In this document: piece after piece, positions 14,949 to 29,354 of the stretch
How the letters are laid out: the number at the start of each line of letters is the position of its first letter
Position numbering within the stretch: position 1 is the first letter of the stretch
DNA from: Octopus sinensis
Taxonomy: Eukaryota
Direction of reading: 5' to 3'
Length of the DNA stretch: 64,000 bases
Assembly: GCF_006345805.1 (NCBI RefSeq)
Contig: NC_043011.1
Span: forward strand, 25,060,464 to 25,124,463
Translations under genes and position numbers: made by a program
The notes under the pieces: generated by a model
Told to the model about the DNA's origin: nothing
The model's input: the letters and a program-made list of their open reading frames with translations, nothing else
Databases searched by the model: none

Positions 14949-17900
14949 ACACCACTACTTGACAACTAGTGTTGGTGGATTTACATCCCTATTACTTAAA
15001 GGTCCAACAAAAGAGACCAATAGAATAAATACCAAGCTAAAAAAAAAAAGTACTGAGGTCAATTCATTAGATTAAAATTCTTAATGATAGTGTCCCAGCA
15101 TGGCCACAAACAGTCTAGTGACTGGAACAGATAAAAGAGGTTGCAGTCATTCAAACTGCAACTAATTTAATGTTATGAGTGTGAGATTACAGTACAGGAC
15201 AATGACCTATGGTCATGAATTCAAATCTTAGTAGTTTTTGTTGACTGCATCAGTTTGTCATCATCATCAGCATCAGCATCATTTAATGCTCATTTTCCAT
15301 ACTGGCATAGGTTGGATGGCTCGACAGGAGTTGGGCAGCTGAAGAGTTACCAGGGTTCAATGTCTGCTTTGGCATGGTTTTGATGGCTGGATTCCCTTCC
15401 TAATACCAACCACTTTACAGAGTGTGCTGGGTGCTTTTATGTGGTACCAGCATGAGTATTTTTATGTGACACTGGCATAGGTGCTTTTATGTGGTTGTCA
15501 ATAGGTTTCATGTTTTCTAGACAAGTGAATATATTGAAGTAGGAAAACAATACATCTTTTAAAAAAAAACAGTTACTCTCAAATATGAAAAAAAAAATCA
15601 ACTGTCTTTTCTCATTCGACAAAATGAAATATCAGTTAAATAAAATACAATGCCAAAAGATTTTTTGAATAAATATTTGAATACTTACGAAATTATTGCG
15701 ACATGCAATTAATGGTGTGTAAGCAACAACTGTCACATAAAGAGATGGAGTCAGAGCTAGATCTGAGCCAGGTGAACAAAACTGCAAGAAGAAAAAAGAT
15801 CCTATCTCAAGTTTTAATCCAAACAACTAAGATCTTTGGCAAAAAATAATTATAAATTAACTTCTTGTCTTTATAATCCTGTGTTTCTTGAAGCAAGTTC
15901 AGTGAAAAAAAATTCAGAGAGAGAGTGTGTGTGTGTGTATGTGTGTGCATGTGTGTGTGTGTTTTACATATAAAGTTGTCTTTAAGAAATAATTATTGAA
16001 ATCTACTTACAGGCTGTACTAAACCAGTAAGACAGTTCTTCAAAGAAGTGTAAACATCATCCCACAGTACTCGACCTGAACATAAATCCTAAAATAGATA
16101 AATGAAAAATAAATACCATTAATTTGTTCAATTCAGACAAATATTTTGAGGAGTTTCTAAGGAAAATATTTATGGCACAATACCATCTTTCGATAAGATA
16201 TACTTTAAATATCCTCCTCTGCCTCTTCATTATCATTTATTTCCCGAGACTGGAATGGCTTACAGGTGACTACTGTACACCATACCTATTTCTTTACTAC
16301 CCACAAGGGGCTAAACACAGAGAGGACAAACAAGGACAGACAAACGGATTAAGTCGATTATATCGACCCCAGTGCGTAACTGGTACTTATTTAATTGACC
16401 CTGAAAGAATGAAAGGCAAAGTCGACCTCGGTGGAATTTGAACACACACACACACACACGCCACATATTTTCTCTGCCATGGTCACTGATGGAGGCTCTG
16501 GGGTGTACTGAGATGACCACAATCAATACATTTTACTTCCAAGCACTGCTGTAAACAATGGAAGTGAGCGAGAACATTATAACTTAGTGTACATGCGCAA
16601 CAAGGTTCAAGGTCAATCTGTGCCAAGTGGCATAATCTAGTTCCATCACCATAGCAACACTCTCAGTACATTTTGCTCAGACCTCAAACAGAGATCATAG
16701 ATAGTGTAAAGTTACTATTCACTGAATCTGGGTCTAATTACTCTGCCATTTTTCTTATTTGCTCCTCTGTTAAAACCACACCTACACTACACATACCAAA
16801 GTTTTTCCATTGAGAACTCCTTCCTGTGTCCTCCATCTTAATTCTTGCACATTTCTCTACTATTCTACTACGTTAACTATTTCACTAGCCTTACTTTTTA
16901 TTATACTACAACCACAAATCCTTTATAATGTGGATTTCTGTGATGCTTCTTATTTTTGAGTACAAATGTGAAAATACTGAATTATCATCATCATCATCGT
17001 TTAATGTCCGCCTTCCATGCTAGCATGGGTTGGACGATTTTGACTTAGGGCTGGGAAACCAGACGGCCGCACCAGGCTCCAATATTGAACTGGCAGAGTT
17101 TCTACAGCTGGATGCCCTTCCTAACACCAACCACTCTGAGAGTGTAATGGGTTCTTTTACATGCCACCAGCACAAGTGCCATTTGCATGACACCAGTATC
17201 TGCCATGACTGCTATTTTGCTCAGCTTGATAGGTTTTCTTATCAAGCAAGACATAATGCCAAAGGTCTCGGTCATTGCCTCCGTGAGGCCCAACACTCAA
17301 AAGGTGCTTTTTATGTGCCAGGGCCAGGGCTGATATCCCCAAGTTGTGTACACAAATAATAACTACAAGTTTTTGATCCATATTCACTATTTATTGTACT
17401 CAGTTCTGGAAAGTACCCCAATACTGAAAACAAGTTAACTTGGTTCCTATGTCTCAAGTGCACATGCACAAATATGAGTGTACATAACTCTCACACAGTA
17501 AGGGCTAAAGGAATATCTATTCCTGGCTGTAACTTACTATGACTGCCAATATTTCTAGATATACCTACCTGTCTCCTGGCTTCCCTTCTAGCTATCTGAT
17601 ACAGTTCCCTGCTTCCCCCACTCTTCTAGGCCTGTTTCTTTGCTCTAATGGCCCGGTCTACAACCTCAGTCCACCAATACGTCACCCTAGGTCTGGATGG
17701 GACTTTGCACCAGCTGCAGATTTGGTCTGTGGCACTCAACAAGCTGTCCTGCAGGAATTTCCAGTTGCCCTCTATGTCACAAGTCTGTAGCTTCTCCTCC
17801 CTCTCATCAAATTTCTCAATTAGGACGTCCCTAGATCTCTGACCATGTGAGGTGTCCTTAAGCTTCCAATTCCTTCTTTACCAGATTGGTCTGCTTCTTG

Positions 17901-20900
17901 GTATCCTTTGGTCTGAAGTCTAAAGTCACTAATGACTAGTCTATGCTGGGGGATACATTCTTCAGGGTGGGTCTTTCATTCAGGTGAAAATGAAATCAAT
18001 CTGGCTAGCATAGTCACCTGATTGCTAAGTTATCAGGTGGCTGGCTGACTTCCTGAAGTTGATGTTGAGGATCAGTAGGTTATTTGCATCACTCCAGTAG
18101 CCTTGTTCCCTCTTTGTTTTGGGAACCAATTCAATGGCCCCTATGTACACCACAGAAGATACCAGGTTGCTGTCCAACATGCCCACTGATATACCCAGCC
18201 ACAAAGATGAGATCATTGCCACTCAACTTTTGTTCATTTGGTAGGCCCGCTTGTGGGGCATAGGCAGAGATAATTGTTGCTATACTACTCTGCAAGACTA
18301 GCCTGAGCTTAAGTACTCTATCACAAACTCTGACTACCTCTATGACCTTATCCACCCATTTCTCTGCAAGAAGTATGCCCACACCACCTACCCCTTCACT
18401 GTTACCTTCCTAGAAGATTTTATATCTATGTGTCTTGCCTGTGAGGAATCTGGTTGAAGGCACATTTGACTCCTCCACCTCTTGACAATTGGTGTTGGTT
18501 TGTTTACATCCCCTTAACTCCAAGGTTTGATAAAAGAGCTTGATAGAATAGGTACCAGATTTTAAAACTAAGCACTGGAATCGATTTGTTCAACTAAACC
18601 CTTCAAGGCAGTGCCCCAGCATGACCATAGTCCAATGACTAAAACAATAAAACAAGTAAAAGATAAAATATAAAATATAAAAAACAAATTTTACAATTGT
18701 TCTGAAACAGAAATGGTGAATGTGTTACACTTTCCTCCCAAGAATATACTTACACTGGTGCAGCGCATTAAATAATACTCACTTTTTCTAAATATCAGTG
18801 CATTTTGCAAGTCACACCTGAAACATAATTTACTGAAATGAAATAGCTAACAGAAAATTAAAACTACTTCAGGGACTTTTCTGAGTTTCTTCTACTCTAT
18901 GGTATACAAACCTTCATGTATCTTATTGCCATTTCAACAGCATTTCTAAATTTGATTTTAATTTTTTTTTTTAATATGAGGCAGCAAGCTAGCAGAAATG
19001 TTAGAACGTTGAGTGAAATGCTTAGCAGTATTTTGTCTGACTTTACATTCTTAGTTCAAATTCCATCAAGGTCGACTTTGCCTTTCATCCTTTCAGGGTC
19101 AATAAATTAAGTACCAGTTGCATACTGGGGTCAATCTAATCGACAGGCCCCATTCACCCAAAATTTTGGGCCTTGTGCCTAGAGTAGAAAAGAATATTTT
19201 TCTGATAGCCAAGTCTGGCAATGCTGGTTTCCTTTTCCAATGAAATTAATACGCAGTACCCCTTGCATAGTAAATAGATTTTCTAAAATAATCATTCAAA
19301 CATATTACTCAACACCGCCCCAATTTGGGGCTTCTATAATTTCAGCAATATAATGAAGAATGTTAAGGCGGCGAGCTGGCAGAGTCATTAGTATACCAGG
19401 TAAAATGCTTAGTGGCATTTTGTCTGTTTTTACATTCTGAGTTCAAATTCCACAGAGGTCAACTTTGCCTTTCATTCTCTCAATGTTGATAAAATAAGTA
19501 CCAGTTGAACACTAGGGTTGATGTAATTAATTTAATCCTTCCCCCAAAATTTGAAACCCTTATAATGAAGAATGTTCCTACAACACCAATTTATATTTAA
19601 TACTATGCTATACTTAATACAACATTATATTTAATACTTGATAATTGCAACATCACAATTAGAAAAATAAAAACGAAAAACTTACCAAAGAGGACACAGA
19701 CGGGCTTAGATCCAGGGCGAATGCAATTCTATACTGTGTGGACATGAAAATCACTTTGGTGCGTGTGGTAAGCTTGAAAGAATGTTCTTTGCCTGGCTGG
19801 AAGGTGACATAGCTTTTCTCTGGGATCACAGACAATACTATCAGTTCTTCTGATGATAAATCAGACTTGAAGTAAAAGAAAAAAATTGTTACACATTTTT
19901 TAAAATGACTAACATAAATATCAAACATTAATTTTTTTTTTTTTAAATTACATGAAAAAGTTCCATTATGAATATGAAAACCAACTTTTTAAAATACTAG
20001 AATAGATTGGAAAATTCAGACATTTACATATTTATTTACTTTTTGAGTCTAATGGAGGCAATGTGGCCGATGCTGATGTTGCATACCTGGCACTCGTGCT
20101 AGTGGCATGTAAAAAGCTCCTGTCATGTGTTGGGCCTCTAGGAGGCATCTGGCACCCATGCTGGTGGCACATAAAAAGCACCTGTTGAGTGTTGGGCCTC
20201 ATGGACGCAATGTGTCTAATGTCAATGTCATGTAACTTTCACCTGTGGCAGTAGCATGTAAAAAGCACCTTTTAAGCATTAGACCTCGCGAAAGCAATGA
20301 CATATGACTGAGACCTTTGACAACATGCCATGCTTGAGTAGAAGACCCATCAAATCAAGTGAAATCATAGTAATGGTAGATACTGGTGTCATGTAACTGG
20401 CACCTGTGCAGGTGGCACGTAAAAGTACCCATTACACTTTTGGAGCAGTTGGCACTAGTAAAAGCATCCAGCCATAGAAACCATGCCAAATCAGACTGGA
20501 GTCTGGTGCAGCCCCCTCAGCTTGCCAGCCCTGGTCAAACTGTCCGACCCATGCCAGCATGGACAATGGATGTTAAATGATGATGATGATAAGCTCCATT
20601 TAATCACTCCTACCTTTTCTTCTAAAATTGTGAGTAGTCAGTCATGTAACAAGAAATCTGTTCTACTCTAGCTCTTTCTCTCATACTTTTATCTATCTTT
20701 TGCCCCTTATTTCTAGAATAAAGTCTCCTCTCCCTCCCCCCACACACACCAGTTCATAATTTTGCAAACTGCATGATGGTGTCATTAGCGTGGGTGGCAT
20801 AAAAGAAACACCCAGCGCATGTTATAAAGTGGTTGGCATTATGAAGAGCATCCAGTCATAGAAACCATGCCAAAGCAGTCACTGGAACATGATGCAGTCC

Positions 20901-23900
20901 TTGGGCTCATTGGATACTGTCAAACCATCAACCCATGCCAGCATGAAACACTGATCTTAAATGATGATGATGATGCATTCAATACTGGTTATTATTCTAT
21001 AGAACTGAGGGAGAAGGCAAAAGTCAACACTACTGCTATACAGAAATGAACTGCCAGTGAAGAGTGCTGATCCAAATGTGAAACTTTGATGACAGCTTTG
21101 GTGATAATAATAATAGCCATTTATTCATCACATTTAATGTAAATACACTGTGATAGACAAAATTTACTGCTTTATTTTGCCCGAGAGAATGTCTCTTATA
21201 AATGTGTTATGTTTAAAAATACAATATATATATAACAAGTCCACCATAGCAAAATTGATGCCCGTATTGGTGTCGCATAAAAAGCACTCATACTGATATC
21301 ATGTTAAAACCACTGGTGCTGGTGTCATATACAAAAGCACCCAGTACATTCCGTAAAGTGGTCAGAGTTAGGAAGGGCATCCAGCTGTAGAAACCATGCC
21401 ACAACAGATGATAGAGCCTGGTGTGGCGCCTGGACAAACCAGCTCCTGTCAAACCATCCAATCCATACCAGCATGGAAAACGAACATTAGATGAATGATG
21501 ATGGAAACGAAATTTGAAGCCACCTGACTGAATAAAAATTCATTATAAGCAACAGAGGCAATATTAGTATAATGAAGAATTTAGTAAAGTAAATTTCTCA
21601 TTATTAAGCTGGAAGATTATAATTTAAACTTCTTTAAAACAGTAAGTTTATGCCATAGAACCTAAGGCTGGTTCAAGTAGGTTGATATCAAAAGAGTTAA
21701 TCTGATACTGCATCTGTTGCATATAACAACAATAACATTTTTCTCTCCAAAATTTTCAAGAGTCACAGTACACTTACATTTAGAACAAAAACAAAACAAA
21801 AAAAAAAATGACAAATCATGAAAGGACTAAGTGTTCTGGATGTGTCATTGTTAAATAAATACTACTTTAATTACTACTGACTGTAGAGATTACATTCAAC
21901 ATCTCTTAGTATTATCACAGTCATAAACCTTCCCAAGCAATGAGACACTTTTACTTTTCAGCTGACTTGTCTGTCAACTGTTCCATTCAAACTATTATCT
22001 TTTCGACTTTTCTGATAGTACTCTTTACTTGTTTCAGTCATTTGACTGTGGCCATGCTGGGGTACCACCTTTAATCGAGCAAATCAACGCTAGTACTTAT
22101 TCTTTGTAAACCTAGTACTTTTTCTATTGGTCTCTTTTGCCGAACTGCTAAGTTATGTGGACATAAACACACCAGCATCGGTTGTCAAGCAACGTTGGGG
22201 GGACAAACACAGATACACAAACATACACACACACACATACAACGGGCTTCTTTCAGTTTCCGTCTACCAAATCCACTCACAAGGCTTTGGTTAGCCCGAG
22301 GCTATAGTAGAAGACACTTGCCCAAGGTGCCACGCAGTGGGACTGAACCCGGAACCATGTGGTCGGTAAGCAAGCTACTTACCACACAGCCACTCCTACG
22401 CCTAGGTTAATTAATGATTGAGCATGTCATCTTGCCCACAAAAATATTGCAAAAAATTAATCAATTTGAAATTGTATTGTTATTCTGTTTTTTATTATTA
22501 AAAAATGATATGATAAACAGAGGTACTTATTGACAACTTCTGCACTTCAAAATTTAAACATCTACAAGGTTTCATAAATGAAAGTGAATAGACACATATA
22601 CTTACAAGGCTTACAGGAGGTACAAAAGTCATTGTGGTATTTAAATGGTTGAAATACCATGTTGCTCGGATGTTTCGTGATATCCTGTATTCTTTCTTCA
22701 TCAAAAGGTAAATTTCCTTTGCTTCAGGAGCAGACTGAAAAATACAAATAACAACAAATGAGTTTTATTCCTTCCATTGATATTCTCAATTAATTAACCT
22801 TAAATATGCATAGATGTGGTTAAGAAACTTGCTTCCCAACCATCTGGTCTTGGGCACATTCCACAGCACAGCACCTGGGGTGAGTGTCTTTTACTAGAGC
22901 CTCAAGCTGACCAAAACCTTACGGGTGGATTTGGTAGAGGGAAACTGAAAGAAGCCCATCAGACGTGCGTGTGTTTGGGTATGTACCCTTGTCTAGCCAG
23001 CATAGTTGTAAATGAGCATCACAGTCATAAAGCTATGTTGTTCTTTCCAGTCTTCAGTAGAAAACAACTAACTACAGATAAATATTACCTTGCTTGGAAA
23101 CAGGTGATGGTTGGAGACAGGAAGGGCTTCCAACCATAGAAAAAACTATCTTGACAAATTCAGCCAGACACATGCAAGCATGGAAAAGTCAACACTAAAT
23201 GAAAACGACAATGACCCTTGATTCTGTTAGCTTATTCCAAATTTTGCTTGGTCTGTCTCAGATTATTTGGATAATCAGAGACAGACCAATCAATATTCAG
23301 TCTTACTTACACAATCCCTAGCTCAGTAAATAAAAAGTAGAGTTATTTTTGGCTAAATACTTCTCTTGGCGCTGTTTCACCAGAATTATACCATTTGTGT
23401 TTCCAAGTCTTAGAATAGTAATTTCTAAATTTATTTTGGCATGGAACTCATTATTTTCCAAAAATCCTGGAACCCATACCAGTATTTTTTACAGACAACC
23501 TCTCCACCAGCCTAATTTCAGTAAGACATTCAATGAAAAAAAAATTGTCTTAGAGAAAAAATGTATGGATAACAACTTCCAGTTACTCAAGCTTGAAATC
23601 TCTCCCTCATAAGAATAATTTAGTTGTTATTAAAATGGTGTTGGGAACAAATTAACATGAATTTTTGATGGAAGGTCATAATTTTGATCACTTGAAAACA
23701 GGAAGTTTTTATTTCAGGACCAGAGGTGATCTGAAACAGGTTGGCAAAAGGGTTAAGGTAGCATTTCTTACTGAATCCCATTAATTCTGAGGTTCAGTAA
23801 AATAAGATTTTAATAAAATTTAGTAGAAAATATTTTCATAATAAAGTATTCACCATTTTAAAGTTATATGCTTTTTATGAAATAAATTCTTTTTCATGAA

Positions 23901-26000
23901 TAAATTCTCTCTCTCTCTGAAAACAAATTGTTTCATTAATGTCTTATTCAAATTAGTGTGGTAAGGATTCCATGAAAAAAACAATATCTGGAATCTTAAG
24001 ATATCTTTATATAAGATAACAGATAAGAGGGAACAGAGTCAAAAGCTTTACTGACATAAGTTATGAATATTGAAACTAATACTCAATGTAGGTCAATGAA
24101 TTGAATAAAGATGTCAGAAGCCACACTGGGTGATACAATAGATAGCCATCAAACGGATACTGTATAACAGCTATTTCCATCCACTTTTGAGTCCTGACAA
24201 ACTGAATATGATACTAAAATGTTACAGGCATGGTTGTGAGGTTAAGAAGTTTGCTTGGCAACCACAAGGTTTCAGGTTCAGTCCAACTATACAACACCTT
24301 GAACAAGTGTCTTCTACTATAGCCTCAGACCAACCAATACCTTGCAAGTGGATTTGATAGACAAAAACTGTGTGGAAGCCCATCATACATATCATCATCA
24401 TCATTTAACATCTGTTTTCCATGCTGGCATGGATGGGTAGGATTGTTTAACAGGGATCCAGTAAGCTGCAGTGCTACATTGATCTCCAATATCATCTTTA
24501 GCATGGTTTCTATGGCTGGATGCCTTTCCTATTATTACAGAGTGTACTGGGTGCTTATTTTCAAGGTTGCCATGTAACTTGCAAGACACAGAAAAACAGA
24601 GAAAAAGGAAAAGGTAAAAACTCCCACGACAAAGAGGAAGTAATCGAGAGAGGAAGGTGGAGGTGAGTGGCTGTATGCCAGGTGCTCAAAGACTGAATTA
24701 TGATAGAGAGACAAGCACAGATGTCTTGCTACAGTGGAGATATATGGCTGTCAAGGGGATAGGAGGAAGTTAGTGACTGGGTGCTTAAAACAGACTCTCA
24801 AAGAACAAGGTGAACATAAGAGAGGACATGGACAGTGGATCATGATAGGGGGATGAGAAAGTGGATGCTTTCATAAAAGTGTGGGGAGGGAGTAAACAGG
24901 TGAAGGTAGAATTTAATGTAGTGAGGGATGAACAAGAGTGGGGGGTGCAGATGATGGGAAATATGAATATGTAGAGGGGTAAGGTGGGAAATTTAAGAGT
25001 GGCTCAGGAAGAAGAATAGAACAGAAAGTAGTAGAATGATGTGCAAGATGTAGAAGTTGTGGAGAGGAAGATATAGGGATACATAAGGGGCTGAAGTGGT
25101 AAGTATGTATGTATATATATATATATATATTATATATATATATATATATATATCATCATCATCATCATCGTCGTTTAACGTCCGTTCTCCATGCTAGCAT
25201 GGGTTGGACGGTTCGACCGGGGTTCTGGGAAGCCAGAAGGCTGCACCAGGCTCCAGTCTAATCTGGCAATGTTTCTACAGCTGGATGCCCTTCCTAACGC
25301 CAACCACTCCGTGAGTGTAGTGGGTGCTTTTTACGTGCCACCTGCACAGGTGCCAGGCGGGGCTGGCAACGGCCACGGTCAGATTGGTGTATTTTATGTG
25401 CCACCGGCACGGAAGCCAGTCGAGGCGGTGCTGGCATCGGCCACGAGTCGGATAGTGCTTTTTACGTACCACCAGACCAGGAATCCTGGCTGGTTCAATT
25501 CGATTTCGATTTCGCTTGCCCCAACATGTCCTCACAAGCAAAGGGGGTTGGCATGGATGCCTGTCGTACGGTCGCATTGGAGTATTTTACGTGCCACGGC
25601 CACGAGTCGGATAGTGCTTTTTACGTACCACCAGACCAGGGATCCTGGCTGGTTCAATTCGATTTCGATTTCGCTTGCCCCAACATGTCTTCACAAGCAA
25701 AGGGGGTTGGCATGGGTGCCTGTCGTACGGTCGCATTGGAGTATTTTACGTGCCACGGCCACGAGTCGGATAGTGCTTTTTACGTACCACCAGGCCAGGG
25801 ATCCTGGCTGGTTCAATTCGGTTTCGATTTCGATTTCGCTTGCCCCAACATGTCTTCGCAAGCATGGGGGGTTGGCATGGGTGTCTGTCGTCGGATGAGG
25901 TTCTATATCGACTTCGCTTGCCTCAACCGGTCTTTGTGTCCAAGGGAGGAAAGGCATTCATAAGTGGGCTGGGCTCACTTGTCCTGCCTGGTCTTCTCAC

Positions 26001-26035
<35 letters not shown>

Positions 26036-29000
26036 AAAAGCTATAGTAGAATGTACATTTATGTATATATATTTGAATGTGTATGTGCACATTTGTCCCC
26101 TCCACCACTTGACAATTGGTGTTGGTTTGTTTACATCCCCTTAACTCCAAGGTTTGGTAAAAGAGAGCCTGATAGAATAGGTACCAGATTTTAAGACTAA
26201 GTACTGAGATTGATTTGCTCAACTAAACCTTTCAAGGCAGTGCCCCAGCATGACCATAGTCCAATGACTAAAACAATAAAACAAGTAAAAGATAAAATAT
26301 AAAAAACAAATATTACAATTGTTCTGATGCAGAAACCTTCCTCCCAATTTTTACTTACACTGGTGCAGTGGATTAAAAATACTCACTTTTTCTAAATATC
26401 AGCGCATTTTGTAAGTCACACCTAAAACTCTTGTGGGACACTTGTGGACTAGATGCACTATACTTGTGCACCATGGTACAGAGATTGAAGATGTCACCTC
26501 TTTAATAATAATTTCTTATATAAGCACAAGGCCAGAAATTTGGGGGAAGTGGTTAGTTGATTTAATCAACCACCTATACTTGATAAGACAAGTAAAATCG
26601 CTGTCTTCCACACATTCAGGTGCTCATGCTACTTAAAAATCACAATCACCTGTACCGGTGCTGATTTAAGGCACCCATGCCAGTGACATGTAAAAAAGCA
26701 CTAAGAACACTCTGTGAAGTGGTTGGCATTAGGAAGGGCATCCAGCCATAGAAACCATGCCACAACAGACAGTTGGAGTCAGGACAGCTCTCTGCCAAAC
26801 TGTCCAACCCAAACCAGCATGGAAAGAAGACACTAAACGATGATGATGATGATTATTTGACTAGTACTTATTTTATTTTCACTGGAAGGATGAGAGGCAA
26901 AATTGATCTCAGTGGCATTTGAATTCAGAATATAAAGAGTCAGAACTACACTCACGGAGTGGTTGGCGTTAGGAAGGGCATCCAGCCGTAGAAACACTGC
27001 CAGATCTGACTGGGCCTGATGAAGCCTTCCGGCTTCACAGACCCCAGTTGAACCATCCAACCCATGCTAGCATGAAAAACGGACGCTAAATGATGATGAT
27101 GAGAACAAATTCCATTGCTCAACTGGTAATGCTAATCATTGACTGCTTCAGAATAATTATTTTTAATCTTGACATGAGGCCAGCAATCTTCAGGAGTGGT
27201 TAGTCAATAACACCAATCCGAGTATTAAACTAGTACTTACTTTAGTAACTCTGAAAAAATAAAAAGCAAACTTGACTACAGTAGCATTTCTACTCAGAAT
27301 GCAATGAACTGGAAGAAATTCCACAAATCATTCCATCCATTACATCAACAATTCTATTTGCTTGCCACCTTAAATATTCCCATAATATTAAGCAATGCGT
27401 TTTCAATAGTGGTTTACTTTCATTGCTTAACCAAATGTAATTATGACTGTAGTTTGGATAACTGATTAAACATTACAGAATGATTTACTCGATAGCAGGA
27501 CAAATAAGAACAAGAAAATATTTAATTTAGTGGTGGAAGATATGTAATTCAGTGCTGAATTAACTTGAAACTAGTAATCATCATCTAATGTTCATGTTCT
27601 ATGCTGTGATGACCTGTAAAGAAAGGACTCAACCTTGATGAACTCCTACTTTCACGATTAATTTGTTACTGAAATCATTGCTAACTCTCACTTTACTTAC
27701 TGCACCTTTGTGCATATCTTGTACAGCTTTCACAAACCATGCATCTACACCTAGTTTCCTCAGTGACCTTCATATTACTGAGCAATGTACCCTATCAAAT
27801 GCTTTCTCCAAATCAATGAAAGCCAGGAATAGGGGTTTTATCCTTACCCAATTATTTCTCCTGCAGTTGCCTCACTGAGAAGATTGCACCCACTGTGCCT
27901 CTTCTGGAGACAAAGCCAAACAGCATCATGTTTTGGTCTACTCTATCACACAGATCAATAATGCTATGACTCTCTTCAAGATCCAAGATTGAACTCAAGT
28001 ACACAAAATTGGATAAATCATGTTTTTACAAAAATATTTACAGTCACGGCTCTGTGGTTAAGAAGCTTGCTTTGCAATCACATAGGTTCGGAATCAATCG
28101 CACTGCATGATACTTTGCATGAGTGTCTACCATTATAGCTATGGATTGACCAATTGCTTGTGAATGAATTTGACAGACGGAAACTGTGTGGAAGCCCATT
28201 GTTTATAAATATGTGAAATACTGAGGGTCAATATGCTAGACTAAAAACCTTCAAGGCAGTGCCCCAACTAGCCACAGTTCAATGACTGAAGCAAGTAAAA
28301 GATAAGATATATATTTTTATCTATTTTAGCTCTGGATGGAAAGCTAAATAAGCACATGAAATGAAGTGCGTATAACTTTAAATAGACTTGTTTCTTTTAC
28401 TCCACACAAACACACACACATATCCAAAATATACAGTGTTATATATCCATCATGGCTGATCTTACCAATCAGTTTTGTGCAAGGAATATAATGGAGTGTT
28501 AGGTAACAATCCGATTATATAACCTTACACTCATCAGAGTTTGTTGATATGGAACAGAATATCTTTAGAGTTGGAGGTAAAGTTAGGCTTATGATCCTCA
28601 ATCATTATGAAGGCCTCTTTCTTCATCAGAGCCTCTACCCTGTCTTCTATACCTAGTTTAAAAGCTATATCTCCAACCTCTTGGTTAGTACTATTGGCTA
28701 ACTCTGATGGGCGTAAGGTTATATAATCGGATTGTTACCTAACACTCCATTGTATTCCTTGTGCAAAACCGACTGGTAAGATCAGCCGTGATAGATATAT
28801 AATACTATATATTTCGGATAATATACCCACTCTACTGACTGATATATGAATGCATACTTTCCCTGGCTTATGGTCTCGTGTGCGTGTGTGAGTGTATGTA
28901 TATATATATATTACTCTTTTACTCTTTTACTTGTTTCAGTCATTTGACTGCGGCCATGCTGGAGCACCGCCTTTAGTCGATCAAATCGACCCCGGGACTT

Positions 29001-29323
29001 ATTCTTTGTAAGCCCAGTACTTATTCTATCGATCTCTTTTGCTGAACCGCTAAGTGACGGGGACGTAAACACACCAGCATCGGTTGTCAAGCAATGCTAG
29101 GGGGACAAACACAGACACACAAACATATATATATATATATACATATATACGACAGGCTTCTTTCAGTTTCCGTCTACCAAATCCACTCACAAGGCATTGG
29201 TCGGCCCGGGGCTATAGCAGAAGATACTTGCCCAAGATGCCACGCAGTGGGACTGAACCCACAACCATGTGGTTGGTTAGCAAGCTACTTACCACACAGC
29301 CACTCCTGGCATTGTTTCGATTA

Positions 29324-29354
<31 letters not shown>

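Noticed and set aside
18783-18817. Possible small minus-strand exon in the duplicated flank (tttcag...gtgagt)
   Set aside because: About 35 nt and frame-shifting; SZT2 exons 3 and 4 already join in frame with family-like sequence.
22320-22403. tRNA-like sequences with A/B boxes
   Set aside because: They are heads of multi-copy SINEs continuing into the SINE body; no clean cloverleaf.
24590-25100. Long purine-rich tracts (also about 39640-40000 and 49040-49700)
   Set aside because: Two directly continue decayed RTE-tail-type repeats and all look like low-complexity repeat bodies; no coding or structural signal I can support.
25191-25898. 235-aa ORF with 53-aa repeats
   Set aside because: It is the antisense reading of an RTE 3' UTR with a 159-bp tandem array; the frame stays open only because the unit length is divisible by 3.
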